From Macrostomum lignano (lineage: Eukaryota): a stretch of DNA of 64,000 bases. The translations under genes and the position numbers were made by a program. The stretch lies in the NCBI GenBank assembly GCA_002269645.1, contig NIVC01000581.1:310001-374000 (forward strand), given 5' to 3'. Below, piece by piece: positions 12,101-21,735 of this stretch; positions within the stretch are counted from its first letter, which is position 1; every line of letters starts with the position of its first letter. Under the pieces are notes generated by a model. That model had not been told where the DNA came from and did no database searches. It saw nothing but the letters and a program-made list of their open reading frames with translations.

Positions 12101-15100
12101 GAAGTGGTGAATATTCGCCTCCACCCATTTGAGCGCCATCTCCTGATCGAAGAGGCCAAAGTTTCCGCGGCTGCCCTCGGCCGAGAAGGGCAGGAATCCC
12201 AGAACTCCCAGTCGGTAGCCGATGGTAACCACGACGACGTCCTGCAGCTCGACAATCTTCTCGCCACTCCGGTACGGATCGTTGATGCCTCCGACTTCGA
12301 AGAAGCCACCGTGAATGTACACCAGTACGGGGACCTGCTGAGACTCATTGGCTGTCAGGCTAGGTCTCGGAGTCCAGATGTTGAGGTAGAGGCAGTCCTC
12401 GTCCTCTTCCAAGGTCGTATTCCACGCCTGCGGACACGCCTTAGGCATCGTTTGCGCATCGATGGTAGCTGCAAAGTAAATTGAAGAAATAAGAATTATG
12501 CGATGCTCAACAGGAGTGCTTTTGGAATTGAGGAAAGGACTTCTACAGCTTGCAGAAGGGGCAGAAGTCGGAACTATCTGGAAGATTCTGACATTGGAAG
12601 GTCGCTGATAAAATCTAAAAGTGCATTTTTCTGTTTTGAGCGTAAATCGAAAGGCTTTAATAAATTTACTTGAAGACCCAGTGCCATTTCAAACTAATGA
12701 TGGAGTCATTAAGAGCCTGTAGCCCAAAACTACGAGCGTACCTTCCATACTACCGGTGATAAATTAATTGAAGCCAGCATGCTTTTATCCAATGCGGCTT
12801 TACAAGTTGTTGGTATTGTGATTTTTATTTGTGATTTTTCCTAAGAAATTTATTTCGACGAATTTTTCTCGTTTTGAAAGTGTCTTGTGACACACTAAAA
12901 GTGGGGGTCAAACCTCGCGCAGGCAGACTGAGACAGTTGTCTGGCTTGAGTCAGCCTCAGCCACACGCCGTCCTCTGCACAGACCTTCTGAACTGGTTTG
13001 TGCTGCCAGCACTAACCGGGTTTTGTGTACACCGCCAACCCCCCGGCTTGCGCCCACCCCCCTCCCTCGGCAGGGTTTTTATGCCTGCGGGCCAGCTGAG
13101 TTTGTGTCGCTGCGCGCTTGAAAATTTTCTAACATTGGAGCAAAATTCAAATGTTCTAAGAAGTATACTCAGCAACATTGAAAAGTCGCCACTCTATGCG
13201 CCAGTGAGCAATTTCTCTTGGACCATTCTGAAATAAAAGATGCGAGAAAACTCATCGGGGTAGCTTTAATCCGTCCAACCCTCGCACACAGCTCCCCCAC
13301 TTCATTTCTCAACTCAAGTCTGCCGCGGCGTATTTAAGTTGCGTCACTCGCAAAGATTGAGAGACTACCTGCACTCTCAAAAGCGGCGATCACAGACGGA
13401 TCTGTGATGGCGACTTTTCGATGTTGCTGAGTATATATACTGCTAGTGGTCCTTGATTAATATTGCACAGGTACATGAACAACTGTTCATATTGCACAGG
13501 TACATGAACAACTGTTCATATTGCACAGGTACATGAACTACTGTTAATATTGCACAGGTACATGAACAACTGTTAATATTGCACAGGTACATGGACAACT
13601 GTTAATATTGCACAGGTACATGAACAACGGTTAATATTGCACAGGTACATGAACAACTGTTAATATTGCACAGGTACATGAACAACTGTTAATATTGCAC
13701 AGGTACATGAACAACTGTTAATATTGCACAGGTACATGAACAACTGTTAATATTGCACAGGTACATGAACAACTGAAGCAGCGGGACGCTACACATGAAA
13801 ATCCTCCAAATTTTGAGATATGGCGAGATAGGAAGATATAGGAAATATGAGATATAGGAAGATAGGAAATAATTGCTAGCAATTATTTAAAAGCATTTTG
13901 GCAGTAGAAGGCTTTCGTTGGATGTGAGACTAAGCGCAATTTTTTAGTCTGCAAACTGTTTTATAAAAAAATGAGCTGGCTTATTCTGCTGAATCGTCAG
14001 AATATTTTTTCTCATCTTTGCTTGTGGGTTTGACTTCCAGACCGAAAACCTTGATCTGCCTCTTTTCTTGCAGCTGCAATGTTTAATGTAACTCACCGTT
14101 TGCAATGTCCTTCAGAGCCGGCTTGGCAAATCGCAGATCGCCGGTTGGCGGCTGCGCGTACGGAATGCCGAGGAATCGCTCAATCTCCTTCCCGTTCGCG
14201 GAGAGCCGGTGCCCCCTGACAGTGGCGCCGACCTCGGTGAGCTCCACAGTGGCATTGTCAATGATTTGCGCGGATGTGGGCTGGAAATTGTTGGCGGCAG
14301 CCTCTTGCTGCGGCTTCGAGCGGGCCGGCGCCGCACCGATGGTGCTGCCGTCCAGCAGAAACGGGTCCTGCCGCAGCGGGTTCATCGGCTTCGCAGAGTC
14401 GCCCGGCACGAGGCGGTTCACGAAGCTGAGAGTGTCGTACCACCAGCGGCAACGGCGGATGGCGAAGCCGCCAGTTAAGTCGTAGAGGCCGGGGTCCTGC
14501 ACCGGCAGGTAGCTGTTGTAGTTCCAGTCCCCGGCGATCACGCTGCGCCAGTTGTTGTCTGTGTGTGTGAAATCCCGGCGGTTGCCATTTAGCGCTGGGT
14601 TTGATTGGGCTGAGAGTCCGCGGGTTATTTGTCATAGGAATGCAAAGGAGGCAATGAGAGTGGGTGTGAGTTGGATTGCCCGCTGTGCTGTAGGAATGGC
14701 AGGAAATTCAGTTCATTTTGAGAAAGTGAAGGATTTGAAATTTTCTGGAATGGGCTGTTCCCTTTGAAATTCATATTCTAAACAGAAAATTTCCTCACTC
14801 GGCCTTCCGGTGGTGACAAAGTTGGCCAGATCCTCCATCATGCGCTTGGCCAGCTCGTTGTGCTCGCTCGGGTACGGGAGGCCAGGGCCGTCCGGGACGC
14901 CAAGGAAGTAGCGCACATCGTTGACGTGTCCGGGCGCCTCGTTGTCCCTAAACGGGTCCGGAGCACCGAAGTAGTACAGGTAGGCGTTCATGTCCTCTCC
15001 CGGCTGCGGCCTGTCATCATCGAACAGGGCGTAGAGGGTCGGGCAGAGAAAGCTGAAGTCGCCCAGAGCCTCGGACCATTTTTTCAGCAGCAGCTCTTTG

Positions 15101-16942
15101 TTCTGGGCGTCGTTCCACTCGGTGTGCGACAGCTGGAGGAATTTCAGCCCGGTGTCGTCCAGCTCGGTGGGGAAGCGGGGGTAGTGCACGAACTGCTGGC
15201 GCAGGATCTGCGGCGGGACGGGCGAGGTGGGGTGAGGATGAGGCTTATTGATTTACAAGTAAACGAGCAATGGAAAATAAATGTGAAAATCAACATAGCT
15301 CGTAGATTAAGTTAGATTAAATTCTTCCAACGCGTTTCGGTCCGACAAGGGCCATCTTCAGGGTCTGATTTTCACTCACTCAGGGTATTTTCACTCACTC
15401 AGGGTATTTTCACTCACTCAGGGTATTTTCACTTACTCAGGGTATTTTCACTCACGCAACAACTTTTATAAGAGATAAATAGAGAACAAATGTTTACTGT
15501 AGAATGTTCAGAATGTTCTCTGGGCAGAATGTTCAGAGTAAGTGAGCAGAGATTGCGAGTACAATGATCGGGTTGTGCCTTCACTTAGAATACCTTTAGT
15601 AAATGGCCCGCACCACTGTGAGAAAGTTGAATGTTCAGATTTGGTTTCTGGTTTTTAATGTACATGGATTCAAGTATATTGAGCCTAAAGTCAGTCCTAC
15701 AACGATCAATAATTTAAAACTGCTTAGTTTGCCCAATGTCGCAACAACTGTTGCAACAGAGCAGGTGGTCTTGGATAGCCGGATGAACAATATCCGCGGG
15801 GACATTCGCCTAGCATAGGAAAAGCTACTCACCTCGTAGTACACATCGCGGTTGAGGATGTCGGTGGTTAGGTTGCGAGTGCGCAGCGAGTTGAGGGCGA
15901 ACTCGATACCGGAGTCAGCGGTGACGCCCATCAGCAAAGTGACGTTCTTACGGCGCTCGCCCCAAGTTATTAGCGGGTCCATAAAGTTAAAGAACTCTTT
16001 GTCCAGTACGGGCATGAACTCGAGCGAAATGTAGAGCTTCTCGTAGTTCTTCTGCTCTTCGATCAGCTTCTCAATGGAGATGTCATTTCGCAGGCATTCG
16101 ATCACCTCTTGAAGCTTGCCCTCCCCACGAGCGCAGTTCAGCTGAATGTTCGCGAAGCGCTCACTAACGCCCCTCACTGCATCGATGTCGTTCGACCAGA
16201 CCAGGGGCATGAGGTGCGAGCCGCCCATCATCACCGCACGGGTGACCGGGACATCTTGAGTGGCGATGTGGAACCCGACAGAAGCGGAGCCGGTTCCGTG
16301 GCCCGCCAAAGTGATTCTGTTCGGGTCTCCGCCGAAAGAACTTATCATACTAGTGATTGTCTTCAGAGCCAGGCGCTGATCCAACAGGCCGAAGTTACCT
16401 GGCATCAGTGTCGAATCCAGGTAGAGAAAGCCGGTGGCGCCCAGTCGGTAGTTGATGGTCACAAAGACGATGTTCTGATTTCGCACGAGGGTCTCGCCCT
16501 GGTACTCCGGCTCAGCGATGCCGCCAGTCTCGAAGCGTCCACCGTGGATGTAGACCAGCACAGGGTACTTGGTACCCGAGGTGGTGTCAGGCGACCAGAT
16601 GTTCATGTACAGGCAGTCCTCGCTGTACGGCAGGCTCTTCGTGGTGTTGTCCTGCGGGCACAGCGGAGGCTGCTTTTTGGCATCGATTTGGACGTCCCTG
16701 CTGAAGTTCAGCGCTTCGGGCTTGGCGAACCGCCGGATTCCGGTGGGCGGCTGAGCGTACGGAATGCTGAGGAATCGGTGAATTTCTTTCGACTCATTTA
16801 CTCCGGAGGCGTTCACCTTCAAGCCATTGAACTCGTAGCCTTCGTAGATCACTTGAACGGTTCCGATGATTGATTCGGCATTGAAGCCGGCGCAGAAGGC
16901 CAGCAGCAGGGCTGCCGCCAGCGTTGCTTGGAGCGGCCTCAT
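1..16942 (-). CDS. Giant secreted multi-domain carboxylesterase/cholinesterase-like (alpha/beta-hydrolase) protein, >=8 tandem pseudo-enzyme domains, 3'-partial
   Basis: Exons read by hand: 16942-15833, 15207-14799, 14558-14097, 12468-11612, 11530-11248, 11150-9796, 9700-9301, 8487-8017, 7922-7072, 6826-6538, 6414-5060, 4935-4536, 4442-3972, 3888-3041, 2957-2672, 2380-990, 901-490, 399-<1. All 17 introns are GT..AG and phase-compatible. Total 12,049 nt, about 4,016 aa, with no stop. N-terminus MRPLQATLAAALLLAFCAG is signal-peptide-like. Each domain has FLG(I/V/L)(P/R)(Y/F)AxxP, EDCLY(L/M/I)N(I/V), HGG and GN(F/Y/M)GL.DQ. Confidence 0.9.
251..2024 (-). other. COesterase-fold domain 7 (type A), elbow GHGIG
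   Basis: FLGVPYAEPP, SEDCLYLNIW, ALAGHGIGAAAVGFH (1458-1472), DHQADLRYFFG, RCGVW (hand translation of 399-251). Confidence 0.85.
2103..4131 (-). other. COesterase-fold domain 6 (type B, paralog of domain 4), elbow GVEAG
   Basis: FLGIPFAQPP, SEDCLYLNVW, GVEAG at 3479-3493, QCGFW. Confidence 0.85.
4267..6075 (-). other. COesterase-fold domain 5 (type A, near copy of domain 3), elbow GHGTD
   Basis: Near-identical protein and DNA to domain 3; elbow at 5510-5524. Confidence 0.85.
6137..8180 (-). other. COesterase-fold domain 4 (type B), elbow GVEAG
   Basis: FLGVRYAQPP, SEDCLYLNIW, TLMGVEAGAVSIGYH (7513-7527), FEDAFYVFGNP, ECGFW. Confidence 0.85.
8315..10810 (-). other. COesterase-fold domain 3 (type A), elbow GHGTD
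   Basis: FLGLPYAEMP, SEDCLYINVF, TLMGHGTDAASAGFH (10246-10260), DHWGDIRYLFG, RCPLW. Confidence 0.85.
13166..13433. mobile_element. 268-bp Tc1/mariner-type MITE in intron 3
   Basis: TIR TACTCAGCAACATTGAAAAGTCGCC at 13166 and its reverse complement (1 mismatch) ending at 13433; TA on both flanks. Confidence 0.8.
13461..13775. repeat. 29-bp minisatellite, ~11 copies
   Basis: unit tattgcacaggtacatgaacaactgtt(a/c)a. Confidence 0.95.
15322..15365 (-). ncRNA. Minimal type I hammerhead-ribozyme-like motif (Penelope-type), probably degenerate
   Basis: Minus strand reads CC-CTGAAGA-TGGCCCTTGTCGGACC-GAAA-CGCG-TT-GGAAGAA: CUGANGA and GAAA cores, a GG..CC stem II, a palindromic ACGCGT stem III and a GUU triplet. 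Stem I pairs only weakly. Confidence 0.5.
15371..15455. repeat. 19-bp tandem repeat, ~4 copies
   Basis: unit tcactcactcagggtattt. Confidence 0.9.
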
Positions 16943-18622
16943 TCTCCCAGTGGGTTCGAGGTCGCCAAAAAACTGGTTCGCAGTTCGGACTCGCGGCTTC
17001 GGCGACATTTATCAGCTGCTGTTGGGGTTTTATCGCGGCTGCCATGACGACGGAACAACAAATAGGCCGGGCGGTAAACGCCTCTCGCTGCTAGCTGGCA
17101 CTGGTCGAGGCCAGGCCAGGTGAATTTTGGCTGTCTGAAAATTATTTTGAGCGTGCGTCAACGCATTGCAGAGAGGGGTAAGCGGCACAGCCACCGGCAC
17201 TTGAACTTTTTGACTGGTTGCCCGAGAGGGGCAGCTCTGATCACCTGCTGCTCTGCTGATAGCGCCAGCCACATAATGCCACTGGAATCTTTTATCTTCA
17301 CTTTCGAGTTTTCTATCTGCAACTTGAATGCATTGCTTGAAAAAGTGGCGCTATGGTTTTTATCACCCGCGGGCGAAACCAGCGACTTCACCCACTGGCC
17401 TCACCACGAAAGTTAAAAATCAAAATGAAGATTAGAAGAAGCTCGTTTGGACAAAAAGAGATCGCAGAAACGGCTTTCAGTTTCAGCAAATAGTTACCGT
17501 TGCTATGGTAAGATTTTCTTACGTGTATCGAGAATGGTGGGCGACAGGTGAAGCAAAGTGAAGTACAGCAACACAAGCAAGCGAGCCCAGAAGTACATGG
17601 AGCTGAACGATTCAATTCGGGGCTGTTCGACCCATCGCTGGATGCTGCAAGATTGGCTTGAAGATCGCTGCAATAAGCATCAAAAGCTACTCGTATAATT
17701 CTGGAATCCCCTACCCGCCACCCTAATATACATTGCGTGTACATTTGCATGCACTTTAAAGTATAAAGCAGTACCGAAGACCAACGACGATGCAAATACG
17801 TTGCGACTCGCTGCACAGCATTAAATTTGTCTAATCAATGAAAATGCGCATTCTTCGGCTTTTAGTCGAGTCGAAAGTTCAAAATCGTCTCCAAGGCAAT
17901 TCCTATATTTACAGGCAGCAGTCGCGTCTTATCAGCTCGAAAGTCTCCTCTTCTTCTCGATCCGACGCCGATCTCGGCAGCTTTTTGCTGTCTCCTTATC
18001 TTCCCACCGCGCCCTACTGCTATTTGAGATCATTCTAGAATCTGCAACTGAACACTGATAAGACGGTTCGATCAGCTAAGGAGTTCGCACGAGCTTCTTT
18101 TAATCAGAGCTGCCATGCAGTTTGCCATGAAGATGCGCAGAAATTTTCTTTTGACTAAGTCAAGTCAGTAGAACAGGCATTTTCAAATTGAAAAAAAGTT
18201 TTTTCCACGCAAAACCCGATCGCTAGGATTCGAATCGTGGCGTTTTTGTGTTTTAGGAATCAAAAAACTCCAAGAAGGCAGACAACCCAAATACGCGATT
18301 ACGATTGCACAATTTTATAAGCACCAATTCAAAATTCCACGTCAGCGCAGACAAACACCAGAAAATCGAGTGAGTAACGTTTGAGTAGCGTTTCAAACGG
18401 CGAGTGGTATTATTTACATGTACAAGTACTTCTCTTGAAACGTTAAGTCCAGTTTTAAGACTACATGTAGCGAGGGGGGCTACTTAAAAGAGAGAGAATC
18501 TTAGTTTGAATCAGACGTGCGCTTTAATACGCGTAAAGTTATATTTAGTGATATAAAATGAAAGCAACCAAGCCCTTTATCTTCATCGGAGCTGTACATG
18601 TGTATGAATGGGGAAAGAATAA

Positions 18623-19421
18623 CACTCAGCAACATTGAAAAGTTTTCACCTTCGCGCCAGCCGTGTATATTTAGAGTTTCAAAACTGATTTTTGTCGCCG
18701 ACTTGTGCCATAGACGATTGATGATTTCGTCAACACGCACTTGGGCCATAGACAAAAACTTGGGTCATAGACGCCAGACAGGTCGAAGGAAACAGTCACA
18801 TGGAGCAGACAGCAGCAGCTTACAAGAGTCTAGCTAAAATCCACGTTCGCAACCGAACGCAATGCTTCGCCAAATTACCGACCTGGAACGAGCGCGCGCC
18901 ATTGGCATGCTGGACGCTGCGACGTCCATCCGAGCTGTTGCTCGCCAAATTGGACGGTCACACACAGCAATCCGCAAACTGCAGATCAAGTGCAGAGAAA
19001 CGGGCAGCGTGGCCGGCGCATCTGAAAGAGCTGAGGCACCTGCGAACCTTGCGCTTTCCGTCCCGATCACCGGACATGAATCCCATAGAGCACGTTTGGG
19101 GTTACCTGAAGCGCTCGATTCGCCGCAAAACGTTGCCAAATGCGCGAATCACTGTCTACTGCATGGCAACAACTACCGCAAGATTTTCTGCGACGCCTGG
19201 TTCTGGGGATTCCCTGGAGAGTGAGCGCTGCTATACGCGTTACTGACCCTGTTCTGGGTAAGTTGTCACCCATGCTCGCGTACTTTGTTTCTTTGCTGTT
19301 CCTTTGCTTCGTTCGAATCCGGATTATATATCTGTCTATGGCTCAAACCACGAATATCTCCACCCACCAAAACGTTGACCCTTCGCGCGCTAGGGTGGAA
19401 ACTTTTCAATGTTGCTGAGTG
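18623..19421 (+). mobile_element. Internally deleted Tc1-like DNA transposon
   Basis: TIRs CACTCAGCAACATTGAAAAGTTT(T/C)CACC at 18623 and ending 19421 (TA on the right, AA on the left). N-terminal HTH fragment RQITDLERARAIGML..AVARQIGRSHTAIRKL lies directly against the C-terminal RSPDMNPIEHVWGYLK fragment in another frame. The central DD region is missing. Confidence 0.85.
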
Positions 19422-20626
19422 TACCAATATCGATAAGCTGCCTAGTACGGCAGAAAGATTTTCATGGCATAACAGAACCACAGAGCGGGCACGAGCACTC
19501 GGAGAAGGGCCTAAAAATAGTTTATCCTGCATCGATTTTAGACATAGACAAATTTTATGAGCCTAGTCAAGGAATTCTAAATCTAGCAACTGGAATGACA
19601 ACTGAAATATCAGCTATACAAGACGAGGTCAAGATTAGAGATCGCAAGCGTGCGACGTAAAAACAGAGTATTTAAAAAGAAGGATCGTATTTCAAAGTAT
19701 ATTTCCGAAACAATAACAAAAGCAGAGGAATGAAACGCGACACAAGAAGACGTTGAAATTATATCAATTTCTAGATGTAACACAAGTAGGCACAGGAGTA
19801 TTTCAAGCAAGCAAAGTAAGAGTAGATGGCTTATAAACTGTATTGAGAAACTGTAACAAAGGCCTCAAAGACAAAGACTTCACAAAGGCCATTAAATTTA
19901 CAAGCTGCGTGGCTGAACTCAGAGTTGAGGACACTGGAATGATGTGGCTGTACTGTTTTGGCGATACTGCCTGACTGCCATAAAAAACTAGGACTTCCAA
20001 CTTACAATTCACGACTATGCAACTCTTTATCATGGGAGTTAGACCATTAGCTAGAAGCATAATGCTGAGAGTGTCTGCTGATTGATGCGCAGCAAATCCG
20101 GACGGCTTCTTCTCTTTCGAAAACTTAGCGACCAGATCATCAAGTGAGTGAATTCTTTCACTGGCAAAATAGCTCGTAATCTCTCTCTTGTTGTTCCAGT
20201 GGACTTTTTTGGTACACAAACCATACGCTCGTAGAGTGTCAGTTTTGAAGCAACTCTGTCAAAATAGAATCGGACTTTGCGGCCCAACCAGTCAGGCTAT
20301 TTTAGTCTCTGTGTGTAAGAGGATGGAGAAAAATAAATTTTATTAATACTTGTAGATCCCAAAAGCAAAGTCAGAATCAGCTGATTTTGCACAGATAACT
20401 TTCACCCCGTTCAGGCTTTCATTTGATTACTTTGTTACCGATTTCTCCCAGGAGAAGTTGACTAAACGTGTATTGTCAAAATTGAACCAGATTTTGTCAA
20501 AATTGAAGCTTGATCTGTCAATATTGATTGTAGATTTCGAGTGTCCGACCATAGAGTGTCAATATTGAAGAGGAGTTTGTCGGTTTTGAAGTTCTCCTTG
20601 TTCAAAATCGAGGGTAAAATGGTGTA

Positions 20627-20771
20627 GCAGCCTGGAGTGGAAGCGAGTTACCTCATGAGGCCAGACTAGCATAGACAGAGTCAGACAGAGCCATAGACAT
20701 TCAGTGCTGGCTCCTTATCTTTACAATTGGCGTGGCCTCATGAGGTAAAACTCGCTTCCGCTCCAGATTGC
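20627..20771. mobile_element. 145-bp MITE-like inverted repeat
   Basis: gcagcctggagtggaagcgagttacctcatgaggcca versus tggcctcatgaggtaaaactcgcttccgctccagattgc; TA on both flanks. Confidence 0.65.
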
Positions 20772-21735
20772 TAATTGTAGAACTCCTTGGCACATCCGGT
20801 GTTTTTCAGGATCTGTGGGCCCGGAATGAGATTTACGTCCACTTCAATTGTCTATGACAAAAAGACCTTCGCTTCTATAAGATTGACTTCATTTTGCGTC
20901 CGTTGTCACTGTCGATGGCATAAATTCCTACAAAGAACTTCTACAAAGGTGTATAGCGGCCATTTTTTTCCACTTTCTCTAAAGTAACCTTTCTTAGTTC
21001 CTTTACTGGCCAACATGCTCCTGTAGCTTGCGCATCTGATGCTGGTGCCAATTCGGTTTCGAACTGGAACGTAGCAATAATCCAGTTGGTGCGAGAGCAC
21101 CTAATTTGTTTGGCAACTGCAATTGTTCGAAAACTACCTTCAATTCAACATCACCCTCAACGATTGTGAGTGTCGAATTTTTAGCATGCGTAGGACAACT
21201 TTACATTTTGACTGAAAGCTTGCTTTGTTTTGATGATGTTGATATATTTGTATTTGTTGAAGTACGGGCTCGTAGAAATTAAGCTGAGCAGTGTTGAGGC
21301 GAATTGAAAGATGCATGGGCTGCTGGTAGAAACATGCATGTAGGTTTATGCTAATTTTAAATTACTGATGGGTTTCGGCCTTTCGGCCCCCTTGTGAGGA
21401 AGCATTCGGGCCTCAGGTCTCAGAAATAAATCAATTAGAGTCCTGGCCCCCACTCCTGTCAGATGGTCAGCCCCATGGTAGCTTGATCGTGTGGCGAGCA
21501 GTCTAGGTCCTATAGCTAAGAGAGGGGCAGCGAGAGACAAGCAGGGAGAATTTTGAAGGTAGAGATCAGCTAATCCGCAGATTAACTATAACCCGCTGCC
21601 ACCAGCCCGTGTGTCCTGGCTCACCAAACCGGAACTTTCGAAATCAGGCTTCCGACTAGAGGGGGCTTAGCACTTAACTGCCAACTAGTGTATTTTTGCT
21701 GTCAATATCGAAGTCATAGCCGATATTAACAGGCG

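Larger units (their letters stand above)
10870..14250 (-). other. COesterase-fold domain 2 (type B), elbow GDDAG
   Basis: FLGIPYAQPP, EDCLYLNIW, TAVGDDAGAVSIGYH (12056-12070), SEDTFYLFGNP, DCGFW. Confidence 0.85.
14410..16870 (-). other. COesterase-fold domain 1 (type A), elbow GHGTG
   Basis: FLSIPYAQPP, CPQ..SEDCLYMNIW, TLAGHGTGSASV (16289-16303), FLCP..GHVNDVRYFLG, RCRWW. Confidence 0.85.

Noticed and set aside
12874-13140. GC-rich intronic block, 120-aa ORF
   Set aside because: Probably a repeat fragment, but I found no TIR, TSD or protein motif to support a call.
632-16873. Plus-strand ORFs over the esterase-fold gene (e.g. 5204-5926, 9940-10533, 16109-16873)
   Set aside because: Antisense shadows of GC3-rich coding exons; no motifs.
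1-17008. Cluster of separate active carboxylesterase/acetylcholinesterase genes
   Set aside because: Domains are joined within single exons, there is only one signal peptide, and no complete domain has the GxSxG serine.
16943-17008. Upstream in-frame ATG at 17008 as the start of the giant gene
   Set aside because: The 22 extra residues are polar and precede a clean signal peptide starting at ATG 16942. It cannot be excluded, but it is less likely.
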